IMG/VR virus record: IMGVR_UViG_2728369355_000004
Direction: 5' to 3' (one strand)
Origin: a virus
Taxonomy: Duplodnaviria; Caudoviricetes
DNA: 64,000 nt
Shown here: positions 9,099 to 17,378 of the stretch, one piece after another
Layout: every line of letters begins with the position of its first letter
Numbering within the stretch: the stretch's first letter is position 1
Program-made: the position numbers and the translations under genes
Notes under the pieces: generated by a model
What the model saw: only the letters and a program-made list of their open reading frames with translations
Database searches by the model: none
Told to the model about the DNA's origin: nothing

Positions 9099-9726
9099 GC
9101 TCCGTTTTTAATGCATAATACAAAAACATGGCAGATGCTAAGGCTATAAATAGAATACTTAAAAAGAAATTATTGACGTAAAACATAAATGCACAAGCTG
9201 CCAATACTCCTATTATTAAAATAATAACGAGTACATACTCCCACTTAAAACGTAGATTCTCATAATCTGCTGTAAAGCCTATTTTAAATTTATACAGAAA
9301 CCACGAAATAGCTAACACCCACGCACTGGTAACCGCTTGCGCTAACGATCCTTCTGCAGAGGTCTGCATTTCTGTTGTTAAGGTACCAAAAAGCATTAAT
9401 ATAATCGCTGCTTGGAATAATGTATACAAAAATGTGCCTGTAATGGATATGATGGCTGCCCAAATAATCGGCATCCTAACAACAGTGGTTATCAATAACG
9501 TGAACAATATAATGTTTATGGTTGGAGCAAAGAAAGCTAAAGAAGTTTCTTCCCTTAAAATGAAACTTTGCAAATTCATTATCAATCCAATAAACAATGC
9601 AGGCCATACATAGTCTAAAGCCCTAACTCTGAAAATAGTTAACATTAAAACGAACGCTGCAAATGTTTCTACAATTGAGAAAAGCAAGAACCTAATAGGC
9701 TCCCACATAACACATAACCCCTTCAC
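9076..9726 (-). CDS. polytopic membrane protein, AgrC sensor-domain-like, lacking a histidine kinase
   Basis: ~6-7 hydrophobic segments; ends at ~216 aa with no HisKA/HATPase; first gene of the agr-like operon; start may be 9708. Confidence 0.65.
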   Translation of the reverse strand: MKGLCVMWEPIRFLLFSIVETFAAFVLMLTIFRVRALDYVWPALFIGLIMNLQSFILREETSLAFFAPTINIILFTLLITTVVRMPIIWAAIISITGTFLYTLFQAAIILMLFGTLTTEMQTSAEGSLAQAVTSAWVLAISWFLYKFKIGFTADYENLRFKWEYVLVIILIIGVLAACAFMFYVNNFFLSILFIALASAMFLYYALKTERDYYKKS

Positions 9727-9832
9727 ATAATTGGTAACAAATATGCTTTAATTCTATATTTGTTACTTGTTAGAGGCAATCCAATTACCATGTTAAATGG
9801 AAGTATTTATGTATTATGTGAGGTAATTATTT

Positions 9833-10165
9833 TCAGCCTGCCGATATAATATCCTCCAGCTTAATCCAGCTATAATCATCTTCCCCTCGGAACAGCTTTA
9901 CTTCCCTACGCGCAGTGTTAATTGATGTAACTACACCAGTCATTTCCGTATCATCGAACGGGCTAAATACTGTCACTGTCACGGTCGTACGTGTATTGTA
10001 AGACTCTATTAAAGCCTGCTCAATCAACTGTACCTCTTGATCGTCCAGCTCGGGTTTACCGCGCCGCTGACGGTCTTTCATTAAACGTAAGTATCCTTCT
10101 TTATGCTCTGGCAAGATAATCCGCGAACTCTCCCATAAACCATTACCCTCAAGTTTCTTTCCCAT
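9833..10165 (-). CDS. yolD: YolD-like protein
   Basis: GNGLWESSRIILPEH...KPELDDQE...WIKLEDII, typical of the YolD family. Confidence 0.85.
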   Translation of the reverse strand: MGKKLEGNGLWESSRIILPEHKEGYLRLMKDRQRRGKPELDDQEVQLIEQALIESYNTRTTVTVTVFSPFDDTEMTGVVTSINTARREVKLFRGEDDYSWIKLEDIISAG

Positions 10166-10204
10166 GTATGTAGCCTCCTGATGTAATATGTTCAAATTAT
10201 ATCC

Positions 10205-10218
10205 CGAACATTTGTTCC
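10205..10218. promoter_or_regulatory. LexA (Cheo/SOS) box upstream of yolD
   Basis: CGAACATTTGTTCC fits GAAC-N4-GTTC, 40 bp before the ATG. Confidence 0.75.
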
Positions 10219-10326
10219 TTACAAGGGCTTTTGTTTTCTACTTCTAAGACTTTTGTGCTAGAAAATTATTCCTAGGTCATATATACTAATTTCACTATAA
10301 TATTACCAATAGATAGGGGTTATGTA

Positions 10327-11217
10327 ATGACTGCAATTGCTGTGATTGCTTTGCTGGCTTTTTTTGTGTTTTTTGTTTTGTGGGCTATAGCTTTAATAAG
10401 AAAGAACGGCAAGGCTAAGAAAATGTTTCTCTTTGGTTTAGCTGCTCTCTTAGTATTTATTATTGGAATATCAGTCGCTGACACTCAGAAACCAACCGAA
10501 ACTAATTCAAAATCTGTAGCTACTACGCCTGTTAAAGAGAAAGAAGTTACTACTGAATCAGTACACAAGGAACAGACTGACGCTAAAAAACCATTGATTG
10601 ACACATCGCTTCCTTTTGATAAGTTTTCATCTGCACTCTTTGCATTGCCAGTATCCAAGCAAGGGGAAACATTCGACAGTGTAAGAAATCAAGTTGTTTC
10701 ATGGTCAGGTGTTGTTATTGAAGCTGGATCAAGCAGCCTCTATGTCTATGGTAAACCAGCAGATTACAACGGTGAACTATGGTCAGATATTAGCGCTGAA
10801 AAGAAAAAACTCGGGGATGTTATTGTTGTAAAAGTTTCAGATCGTTCAGAATTGAATGGTCTTAATCCGGGGGATATAGTTACCTTTAAGGGTGAACTTG
10901 GTTCCCGTGGTGTTAAGGGAGAAGCCAATTGGAAACTATATAACGGAAAAATAGAGGGTCGGACAGTAGCAGAATCGCCAAACCTCGGAACCATTACCAA
11001 AGCTAAATATAACAAGATTAAAAATGGAATGACTTATGAGGAAATTGCGAAAATTATCGGTGGTCCCGGTGAGGCTCTTTCAGAGGTTGGTGAAAAAGGA
11101 GACGAATTTTATACTGTAATGTATTCGTATAAAGGTGAAGTCGGACCTGGTGCAAATGCCGTTTTCACATTCCAAGGCAACAAACTACAAGCAAAAGCAC
11201 AATTTGGTCTCGAATAA
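10327..11217 (+). CDS. membrane-anchored surface protein with C-terminal DUF3862/BLIP-like domain
   Basis: Two N-terminal TM helices; C-terminal ITKAKYNKIKNGMTYEEIAKIIG...ANAVFTFQGNKLQAKAQFGL. Confidence 0.7.
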   Translation: MTAIAVIALLAFFVFFVLWAIALIRKNGKAKKMFLFGLAALLVFIIGISVADTQKPTETNSKSVATTPVKEKEVTTESVHKEQTDAKKPLIDTSLPFDKFSSALFALPVSKQGETFDSVRNQVVSWSGVVIEAGSSSLYVYGKPADYNGELWSDISAEKKKLGDVIVVKVSDRSELNGLNPGDIVTFKGELGSRGVKGEANWKLYNGKIEGRTVAESPNLGTITKAKYNKIKNGMTYEEIAKIIGGPGEALSEVGEKGDEFYTVMYSYKGEVGPGANAVFTFQGNKLQAKAQFGLE

Positions 11218-11324
11218 AACAGCCCCGGAGCAATCCGGGGTTTTAATATTTCTATAACCATTATGACTATTGTCAACAGAGGTAATTCCATTGCCTGTAT
11301 AAAATGAATATGATAACATAAGAA

Positions 11325-11445
11325 TAGAAAAAGGGAACGGCTACCACCGCTCCCTTGTACGACTTACCGCTATAAGAGCGGTCAGCAATTGAGGTTTGAT
11401 CCAGAAATAGACCGTATCCTCGCCAGGGCGGTCTATTTCCGTTTA
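11325..11445 (+). ncRNA. putative antisense antitoxin RNA
   Basis: Convergent with the toxin 3' end; terminator-like hairpin GAAATAGACCG...CGGTCTATTTC (11404-11439) overlaps the toxin stop; ends approximate. Confidence 0.55.
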
Positions 11446-11516
11446 TGGAAAGAAAGTATCAGAATCACCAACGTTGCGAATTGAATCATCAACATCAGCG
11501 TGTCTTTAACTTCCAT
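11433..11516 (-). CDS. type I toxin (holin-like toxin peptide), 27 aa
   Basis: MEVKDTLMLMIQFATLVILILSFHKRK*; RBS GGAGGTGA; single TM plus basic tail. Confidence 0.8.
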   Translation of the reverse strand: MEVKDTLMLMIQFATLVILILSFHKRK

Positions 11517-11658
11517 GGCGTCACCTCCCTTCCGGGAGATTAGCCGACCGCCCTTTATAGCCGTTTTGTCGCACAATCCAGATTATACCACAACCAAGCC
11601 CCAGGTAGGTCCCGAGCTTGTTTAATTAATAGAATTCAATTTTGAACTAGCGTTCTAG

Positions 11659-11928
11659 TTAGTTATAGGGTTCCCAGTTCGGGTCGCGTATATCTTTATC
11701 TAAGGCTTTTCTCACAAACTCTATGCATTTTTCTTCGCAAGCGCCAAATACTTTATAATTTTGCTGGCCCTGTCTTAAAGATACTATGTTTGCCCCTCCA
11801 TCATAATCCGGATCTGCAAACTGAATACCATCATCTTCCCAAAAACAAATTTTACAAATATCATAGGTTCCAGGCGGTTCATCGTCTAAGGTTTTGTAAC
11901 CACAGCAAGGACAAGTATATTTTCCCAC
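11659..11928 (-). CDS. CPCC-family cysteine-rich protein
   Basis: YTCPCCGYKTL...YDICKICFWEDD...GGAN.VSL. Confidence 0.85.
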   Translation of the reverse strand: MGKYTCPCCGYKTLDDEPPGTYDICKICFWEDDGIQFADPDYDGGANIVSLRQGQQNYKVFGACEEKCIEFVRKALDKDIRDPNWEPYN

Positions 11929-12051
11929 CGCTATAAGACCTCTCCTTATTATGTATCTATTTTTTTGTTCCGTTAGCTAGTTATGTGATTCCTTCATTAC
12001 TTGTAATTAAAGGAGATAGGAAGATATCTTTTGGATAAACCGCTTTAAACA

Positions 12052-12312
12052 TCAATATATCGGTCTGTATATCCTGTCCGTATCTGTATCAATCACGAAA
12101 CCAACCTCTGTGTCATCTTCAAAACGTAATCGATCAAAATTATGAAGTCGACAAAATATATCAGGTAAATCTCTAATATTAAGACTCAGCATTTTTGCTT
12201 GTATATACTTTTGATATAGTTCTTCTTGTGTACATAGGGGACCAGTAATCAAATTCTGAAAAAAGTAACCTTCAATTTTAATAATCATAATATCACCACT
12301 GGTGGTAACCAT
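12052..12312 (-). CDS. hypothetical protein (possible orphan immunity)
   Basis: 86-aa ORF ending VIDTDTDRIYRP. Confidence 0.5.
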   Translation of the reverse strand: MVTTSGDIMIIKIEGYFFQNLITGPLCTQEELYQKYIQAKMLSLNIRDLPDIFCRLHNFDRLRFEDDTEVGFVIDTDTDRIYRPIY

Positions 12313-12425
12313 TCTTTATAAATTTAGAATACTTACATAACAATAGCTCAACTAAAGCGCATGTTAAGTTAACCTTTGTGAACAAGTTAAATCTCCCTTG
12401 CTACCACATTTGTTTATGATAGCTT

Positions 12426-12833
12426 CTATTTTTCCGTTAATTTATTAAATATCTCTCTATCATTGGAAGTGAAGTCGGAAATCCGTTTCTTTTTCACGTA
12501 TGTGTTGGTACTTGAATCCAATTTAATGAAGCTATTTTCACCAACCACATATACGATATTTTTTTTTATCTTATATGACACAATATTATCAACAGCTTTT
12601 TCCAGTGGATCAGCAAGATGATTATAAAGTATTAAAGGGTCTTGCGGCCCCCCTCTCAAAATTTGAAAAGTCCCGTCACCAAAATATTCTACGGTATCTT
12701 TGCCTGATGGGTATTTATACTTCGTATTATCTCCAAAATTCACCAGGAAAATTAGAGTAGTAGTTGTAACTAGTATAGCAATCAAGATAATGATGTATCT
12801 ACGCTTCATCTGCAATTCATACCTCACTTCCAA
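12426..12833 (-). CDS. membrane-anchored protein, candidate immunity protein
   Basis: N-terminal TM; overlaps the stop of the upstream 380-aa gene. Confidence 0.6.
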   Translation of the reverse strand: MEVRYELQMKRRYIIILIAILVTTTTLIFLVNFGDNTKYKYPSGKDTVEYFGDGTFQILRGGPQDPLILYNHLADPLEKAVDNIVSYKIKKNIVYVVGENSFIKLDSSTNTYVKKKRISDFTSNDREIFNKLTEK

Positions 12834-13966
12834 GCTTTTCTTATATCAGTTACTGTAACATACGATGTATACTCATTGAGCGTTCCCCATGATTCCATTA
12901 AATTTGTTAGATTGGCCGCAGCCCAACCAAGTTTGTTATCCCCAGTAAACATTTGTTTAAAATTATATTCGAAATTATATACATCATAATATATTGCAGT
13001 AATTTTCCATTGCCCGTGAACGTAATCTCCATTTATTTTATAATACATGTTGTGAAAAGCATTATATAAATCTCTATTACTTTCTAGCCCCTCAGATCCA
13101 TTATATGAAAAACTTTTAACTTTATTAGCTTTAGCTTTTTTGACTGCGGCATTAACTATGGCGATGTGCTCTTTAGATTTTTTAACTTGCTGCGCCTCGT
13201 ATGACCATTCGTTAAAGTTTAAATTTCCTGGTTTGTAATCAAGTGAATGTTTAAGTAAATTGGCTGTGATGTCCCCGTACTTTTTTCGAGCTATAGGAAC
13301 AGCTACTAATGTAAATGCTTTACGATCAGGATAATGTATTACAGTGTCTGTCGAATCTTTTACCTTCTCTACGCCTCGTACCCAAGTCTTTTCTAGTTCT
13401 ACCATAGGATTTTCAAACGGAAAAGTAATATTTCCTGCATATACTAACATATTCTTACTATATGCACCTTCCAGTACTTTTTGCGAGACATCAGACTGAT
13501 CCTTTTCTCTTGTTTCCTTAGGTTCTAACTGAGGACTGTATTGAATTTTTCCCAATTGATCTTCTTTTTGTTTTAGAACAAGTTCAAACTCAAGGATCTC
13601 TTTACTGGTATCAATCTGTTCTTGATACTTAACTACATAAGCGTGTGTAAACGTAATATCTCGGATTGTGTTTTCATTTCTAACGATTTGGATATTACAT
13701 TTGCGATAGTAATCCTCACTATCAGGTTTATATTCTGTGTTTGCCCATGTATACAGCATGTTGGAATTATCCGCATTGTCTATAACTGAAGGAAGCGAAT
13801 GAAGCGGAATTTTGCTTCGAATATGTAGCGAATGAGCCAAGTTTGTAGACTTAGCTGAAAGGTTTATGGAACTATTATTCTTATAAGTAAAGCCAGTGAT
13901 TTCACCTTTTACAAACTCAATTGGCTCACCACCGGATTTGCGTTCTATTCTTAATGAAATACTCAT
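12824..13966 (-). CDS. Hcp/TssD-like N-terminal domain fused to a variable C-terminal (putative toxin) domain
   Basis: RBS AGGAG; W...DYYRK...IRDITFTHAYVVKYQEQID...FELVLKQKED resembles TssD / clostridial 'membrane-associated protease 1' tube proteins. Confidence 0.55.
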   Translation of the reverse strand: MSISLRIERKSGGEPIEFVKGEITGFTYKNNSSINLSAKSTNLAHSLHIRSKIPLHSLPSVIDNADNSNMLYTWANTEYKPDSEDYYRKCNIQIVRNENTIRDITFTHAYVVKYQEQIDTSKEILEFELVLKQKEDQLGKIQYSPQLEPKETREKDQSDVSQKVLEGAYSKNMLVYAGNITFPFENPMVELEKTWVRGVEKVKDSTDTVIHYPDRKAFTLVAVPIARKKYGDITANLLKHSLDYKPGNLNFNEWSYEAQQVKKSKEHIAIVNAAVKKAKANKVKSFSYNGSEGLESNRDLYNAFHNMYYKINGDYVHGQWKITAIYYDVYNFEYNFKQMFTGDNKLGWAAANLTNLMESWGTLNEYTSYVTVTDIRKAWK

Positions 13967-14219
13967 TAAAATAATCTCCTTTGTTAATTTAATCTGGTTT
14001 TGTAGGAAAAATTTATGAAAACTAATTTCCAAATATTAATATATACGAAAAATATTAAATAGTAAACATATTTTCAACGTGGTAAAGGACGACAATTGAG
14101 TTTCGTAACCTCGGCAAATTATATGAAGAAGCTAAAACGAAATATAATCCAGCCTAACACAGGCCTGTTAAAAACGATAAAAGCTCTGCCGACCAATTAA
14201 GGTTAGCAGAGCTTTTAAT

Positions 14220-15266
14220 TTATTTAGAGTATTCACTTACTTCAAATGTTAGGATACGATCAAACAGCATATAATCCTTACGGCTGCTGAATGGGCCTTT
14301 ATTGTTATCGTGCTTGTTAATAGCATATGAAGCAGATCCTGAACCTGCCTGTTTGCCCTCATACCATGAAATGAAGTCATTGACCTCTTTCATGCTCAGG
14401 TCGAATTCTTTCTCCAAACCAGTTGTCATGGTGACTACCAGAATGGCACGGTTGCCTGAAGGTTGTTCAGGATCAGGTTGTTCGCCTCCACCTCCTTGTG
14501 GAGTGGCAGAAGCCTCATTTGAGTATTCAGAATCGACGCCATTCACTTTAGCACTGACCACAAAATAATATTTTGTTCCGTTGGTCAGGCCGGGGATAAC
14601 GAAGTTGCCGTATACATCTTTAGTAGCTGTGGCGGTTTCAGTGTATTTGCCTGATTCTGTTCCGTACTTGACTGTATAGCTTTCTGCGTTCTCAATTTTA
14701 TCCCATTTTAAAGTAACCTGACTGTCTCCAGCTGTTGCTTTGAGATTAGTGGCAGTATTAACATCCAACAATTTTCCATTTTTATCAATATCGATTGCAT
14801 CCAAATCATAGACACCGGAAAACTGTGGAACAGTAATTGTTACATTATGCCTTCCTTCTGATAGTCCTGTTTTTTCAAATGTTAGATTTTGTCTTGAAAA
14901 CGGTCCACTTTGAGAAAAAACTTCATTAACATTATCTATTGTAATCTGCACATTATTTGGCCTATCTGGATATCTTGTACCAATTAGTCTCAGTTTTGTT
15001 CCATAGAATGAGAACTTAATCTGCGCTCCTGATTGGCTCGTCCATTTTGAAGTGCTGTTGTATTCATCCCCAGAATAATCATCTACCCACGATCCAAGGT
15101 ACTTAATACTCTTATTCCCATCATCATAACGTTCCCATCCTTCTTCTCGTTCAGCAAGCCTTTGTCCTACTGAAGCTGCGTAAGAACTTGAGTTAAAAAA
15201 CGTGATCATTACAAACAAAAGAACTCCGAACAAAATACCAAATTTTTTTGTAAAACGAATACTCAC
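14220..15266 (-). CDS. secreted protein: beta-sandwich, FN3 and conserved C-terminal domain
   Basis: Signal peptide; FN3 (LKATAGDSQVTLKW...GLTNGTKYYFVVSA); C-terminal AILVVTM..GLEKEFDL...TFEVSEY. Confidence 0.8.
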   Translation of the reverse strand: MSIRFTKKFGILFGVLLFVMITFFNSSSYAASVGQRLAEREEGWERYDDGNKSIKYLGSWVDDYSGDEYNSTSKWTSQSGAQIKFSFYGTKLRLIGTRYPDRPNNVQITIDNVNEVFSQSGPFSRQNLTFEKTGLSEGRHNVTITVPQFSGVYDLDAIDIDKNGKLLDVNTATNLKATAGDSQVTLKWDKIENAESYTVKYGTESGKYTETATATKDVYGNFVIPGLTNGTKYYFVVSAKVNGVDSEYSNEASATPQGGGGEQPDPEQPSGNRAILVVTMTTGLEKEFDLSMKEVNDFISWYEGKQAGSGSASYAINKHDNNKGPFSSRKDYMLFDRILTFEVSEYSK

Positions 15267-15440
15267 AAATATTCCCCCTAAGTAATCTCTATAACAGATA
15301 CTACGGTAATATATTCCTCGAATCATGTCTAAACATAAACTTGCTAATCTATAAATATGTTCTATATTCTTGCATATTTATTTTTTATTGGATATTAAAA
15401 ATGACTCATGCCAGCTTCTATACTGGTTGAGTCCTTATCT

Positions 15441-15869
15441 TTATTTCACTATGAATCTTACCTTAGTTCCGTCTGCATATTTATCTAACTGATGACTTAC
15501 CCATGATCCTGCTCCCCGGTTATCACTAGGCGTTATGTATCGGATATCAGCACCTGCACCGCCTTCTGCACACATTGCCATCGGCCATTCATCGCGGTCA
15601 TATCCTTTTTTCGTCGGATAGCCCTTGAGCGACTCCTTCCTATTTTCCTCGGCTCCATCCCTGTCAATCGTGCATACTGCGGAATGTCCGGCTGCAATGG
15701 CATCTCTAATATGTCCCCCTGTTTCAGGGTAGCGTGAACTTGGAAACTCCAACGTATACCCAGCTACTGCTTGTTGACTGATTACTGCCGGTTCAGCATA
15801 AACACCTTGAACAGAAAAAATAGCTGCCAACAAAAATACGATTAATCCTTTTGCGATTCCTTTTATCAT
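15441..15869 (-). CDS. nucB: NucA/NucB secreted DNase
   Basis: [17 protein letters not shown]...[14 protein letters not shown]...SDNRGAGSW. Confidence 0.92.
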   Translation of the reverse strand: MIKGIAKGLIVFLLAAIFSVQGVYAEPAVISQQAVAGYTLEFPSSRYPETGGHIRDAIAAGHSAVCTIDRDGAEENRKESLKGYPTKKGYDRDEWPMAMCAEGGAGADIRYITPSDNRGAGSWVSHQLDKYADGTKVRFIVK

Positions 15870-16105
15870 ATGACACCTCCATAGTATTTAATCTTCTCAA
15901 TACTATATTGGGAGAAATGTCGAAGTATCGCGTATATTGTCACATAATAAAAAGAACTCATACCAGTTTTCGGGCAGAGCTCATTACTCCAGAAATTAAA
16001 AACCACATTTAAACTTATTTTTGTATATATAGACATTAATGTTTAGACATCCCTTTTTCAATTTTGTATGATTACTGAGCAAATAAACAAAAAGGGGACT
16101 TATAC

Positions 16106-16894
16106 ATGAAAAGAAAGCTCAATTTAATTTTATGCTTCACTTTACTTATTACTATTTTTCTCCCATTGTCATCAGTGAGTGCCTATACTGGAGGGTATGC
16201 CAACGGAAAAAATGTAGTTGCAATGGTACCTGATACTTATTTTATAGGAAGACCGCATGTAAGCAAAGCAAATACAACGCTTATAACAGATAACAATGAA
16301 GAAACAAGCTACTTACTTCCTAAAGATAAGATGATTATGATTGATTTAGGTACAGATAGAACTATTGATTCATATAAGCTTAAAAGTGATTATAAAAGTT
16401 TAAGAATTAGTTTCTACGACCGAGACACAGGCTATATAGACCAATTAGAAACCAACGTTGGTAATGGAGAACTGACGAAGCTTCCAAATGAAAAATTGTT
16501 AGAACGTGTTAGATTTGTCACTTTGTATACGCTTAGTGGCGAAGACATTAATATTAGCGAATTCGACTTCTTTTATAGTAAAGATCCAGGGTCAACTCCA
16601 GATCCTACACCTACACCCGACCCCACACCTACTCCGGGCCCAGAACAGCCAACCGGTGAACGCGCAATCTTAGTTGTCACTATGGATACTGGTCTTGAAA
16701 AAGAGTTTGACCTGAGTATGAAAGAAGTTAATGATTTTATTGCATGGTATGAGGCTAAACAAGCGGGTTCAGGCACAGCTTCTTATGCAATTAATAAACA
16801 TAAAAATAACATAGGCCCTTTTAGCAGTCGCAATGATTACGTAATATTCAATAAAATCCTTACATTTGAAGTAAGCGAATACTCAACTAAATAA
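16106..16894 (+). CDS. secreted protein with PT linker and the same C-terminal domain as 14220
   Basis: Signal peptide; DPTPTP repeats; AILVVTMDTGLEKEFDLSMKEVNDFIAWYE...ILTFEVSEY. Confidence 0.8.
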   Translation: MKRKLNLILCFTLLITIFLPLSSVSAYTGGYANGKNVVAMVPDTYFIGRPHVSKANTTLITDNNEETSYLLPKDKMIMIDLGTDRTIDSYKLKSDYKSLRISFYDRDTGYIDQLETNVGNGELTKLPNEKLLERVRFVTLYTLSGEDINISEFDFFYSKDPGSTPDPTPTPDPTPTPGPEQPTGERAILVVTMDTGLEKEFDLSMKEVNDFIAWYEAKQAGSGTASYAINKHKNNIGPFSSRNDYVIFNKILTFEVSEYSTK

Positions 16895-16918
16895 ACAGTA
16901 CGAAGGACTCCATTCTGG

Positions 16919-17152
16919 CTACATACCAGTGGAGTCCTTTTTCACATCTACTCTAAATTCAAATTGATTCCGTATGTAATACACCCCAGCAATCTTAACC
17001 GAATCAGGCGAAAACTTTTCTATAGTGCCACCATAGTCTATAACCGATATAAAATCCTCACCTAACGGCTGTACAACATATACTCTCACCTGGCTTAATG
17101 CAGCTGCAAATAGTTCGATATCCGACTTTAATACTTTATATGTATGGTTCAT
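16919..17152 (-). CDS. hypothetical protein downstream of the aloP-like gene
   Basis: 77 aa, RBS GAGGTG; paralog relic at 3427. Confidence 0.75.
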   Translation of the reverse strand: MNHTYKVLKSDIELFAAALSQVRVYVVQPLGEDFISVIDYGGTIEKFSPDSVKIAGVYYIRNQFEFRVDVKKDSTGM

Positions 17153-17204
17153 GCTATCACCTCAGTAATTCATTCGGCGCATGGTGGTAAATTCCTGCAA
17201 GTAA

Positions 17205-17246
17205 AAAATTCCCCGCCAAGCAATTAAGGTTAGCGGGGAATTTATT
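17205..17246 (-). terminator. terminator after the signalling peptide gene
   Basis: AAATTCCCCGC-caagcaattaaggtta-GCGGGGAATTT. Confidence 0.75.
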
Positions 17247-17255
17247 TGCTTACGC

Positions 17256-17378
17256 TTAAGCCCCTCCTTGTTGATCGAAAAGTACGATATTCTGATGGTG
17301 GCTATGAGTCTGAGCAGGTATAGTCACGATAAACAAAAAACTAGCTGCGACAATCAATAGCGCCATTTTTCTTAACAT
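17256..17378 (-). CDS. aloP: AloP-like quorum-sensing propeptide, 40 aa
   Basis: Hand-translated MLRKMALLIVAASFLFIVTIPAQTHSHHQNIVLFDQQGGA*; signal peptide plus Gly-rich C-terminus; overlaps the receptor stop. Confidence 0.75.
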   Translation of the reverse strand: MLRKMALLIVAASFLFIVTIPAQTHSHHQNIVLFDQQGGA

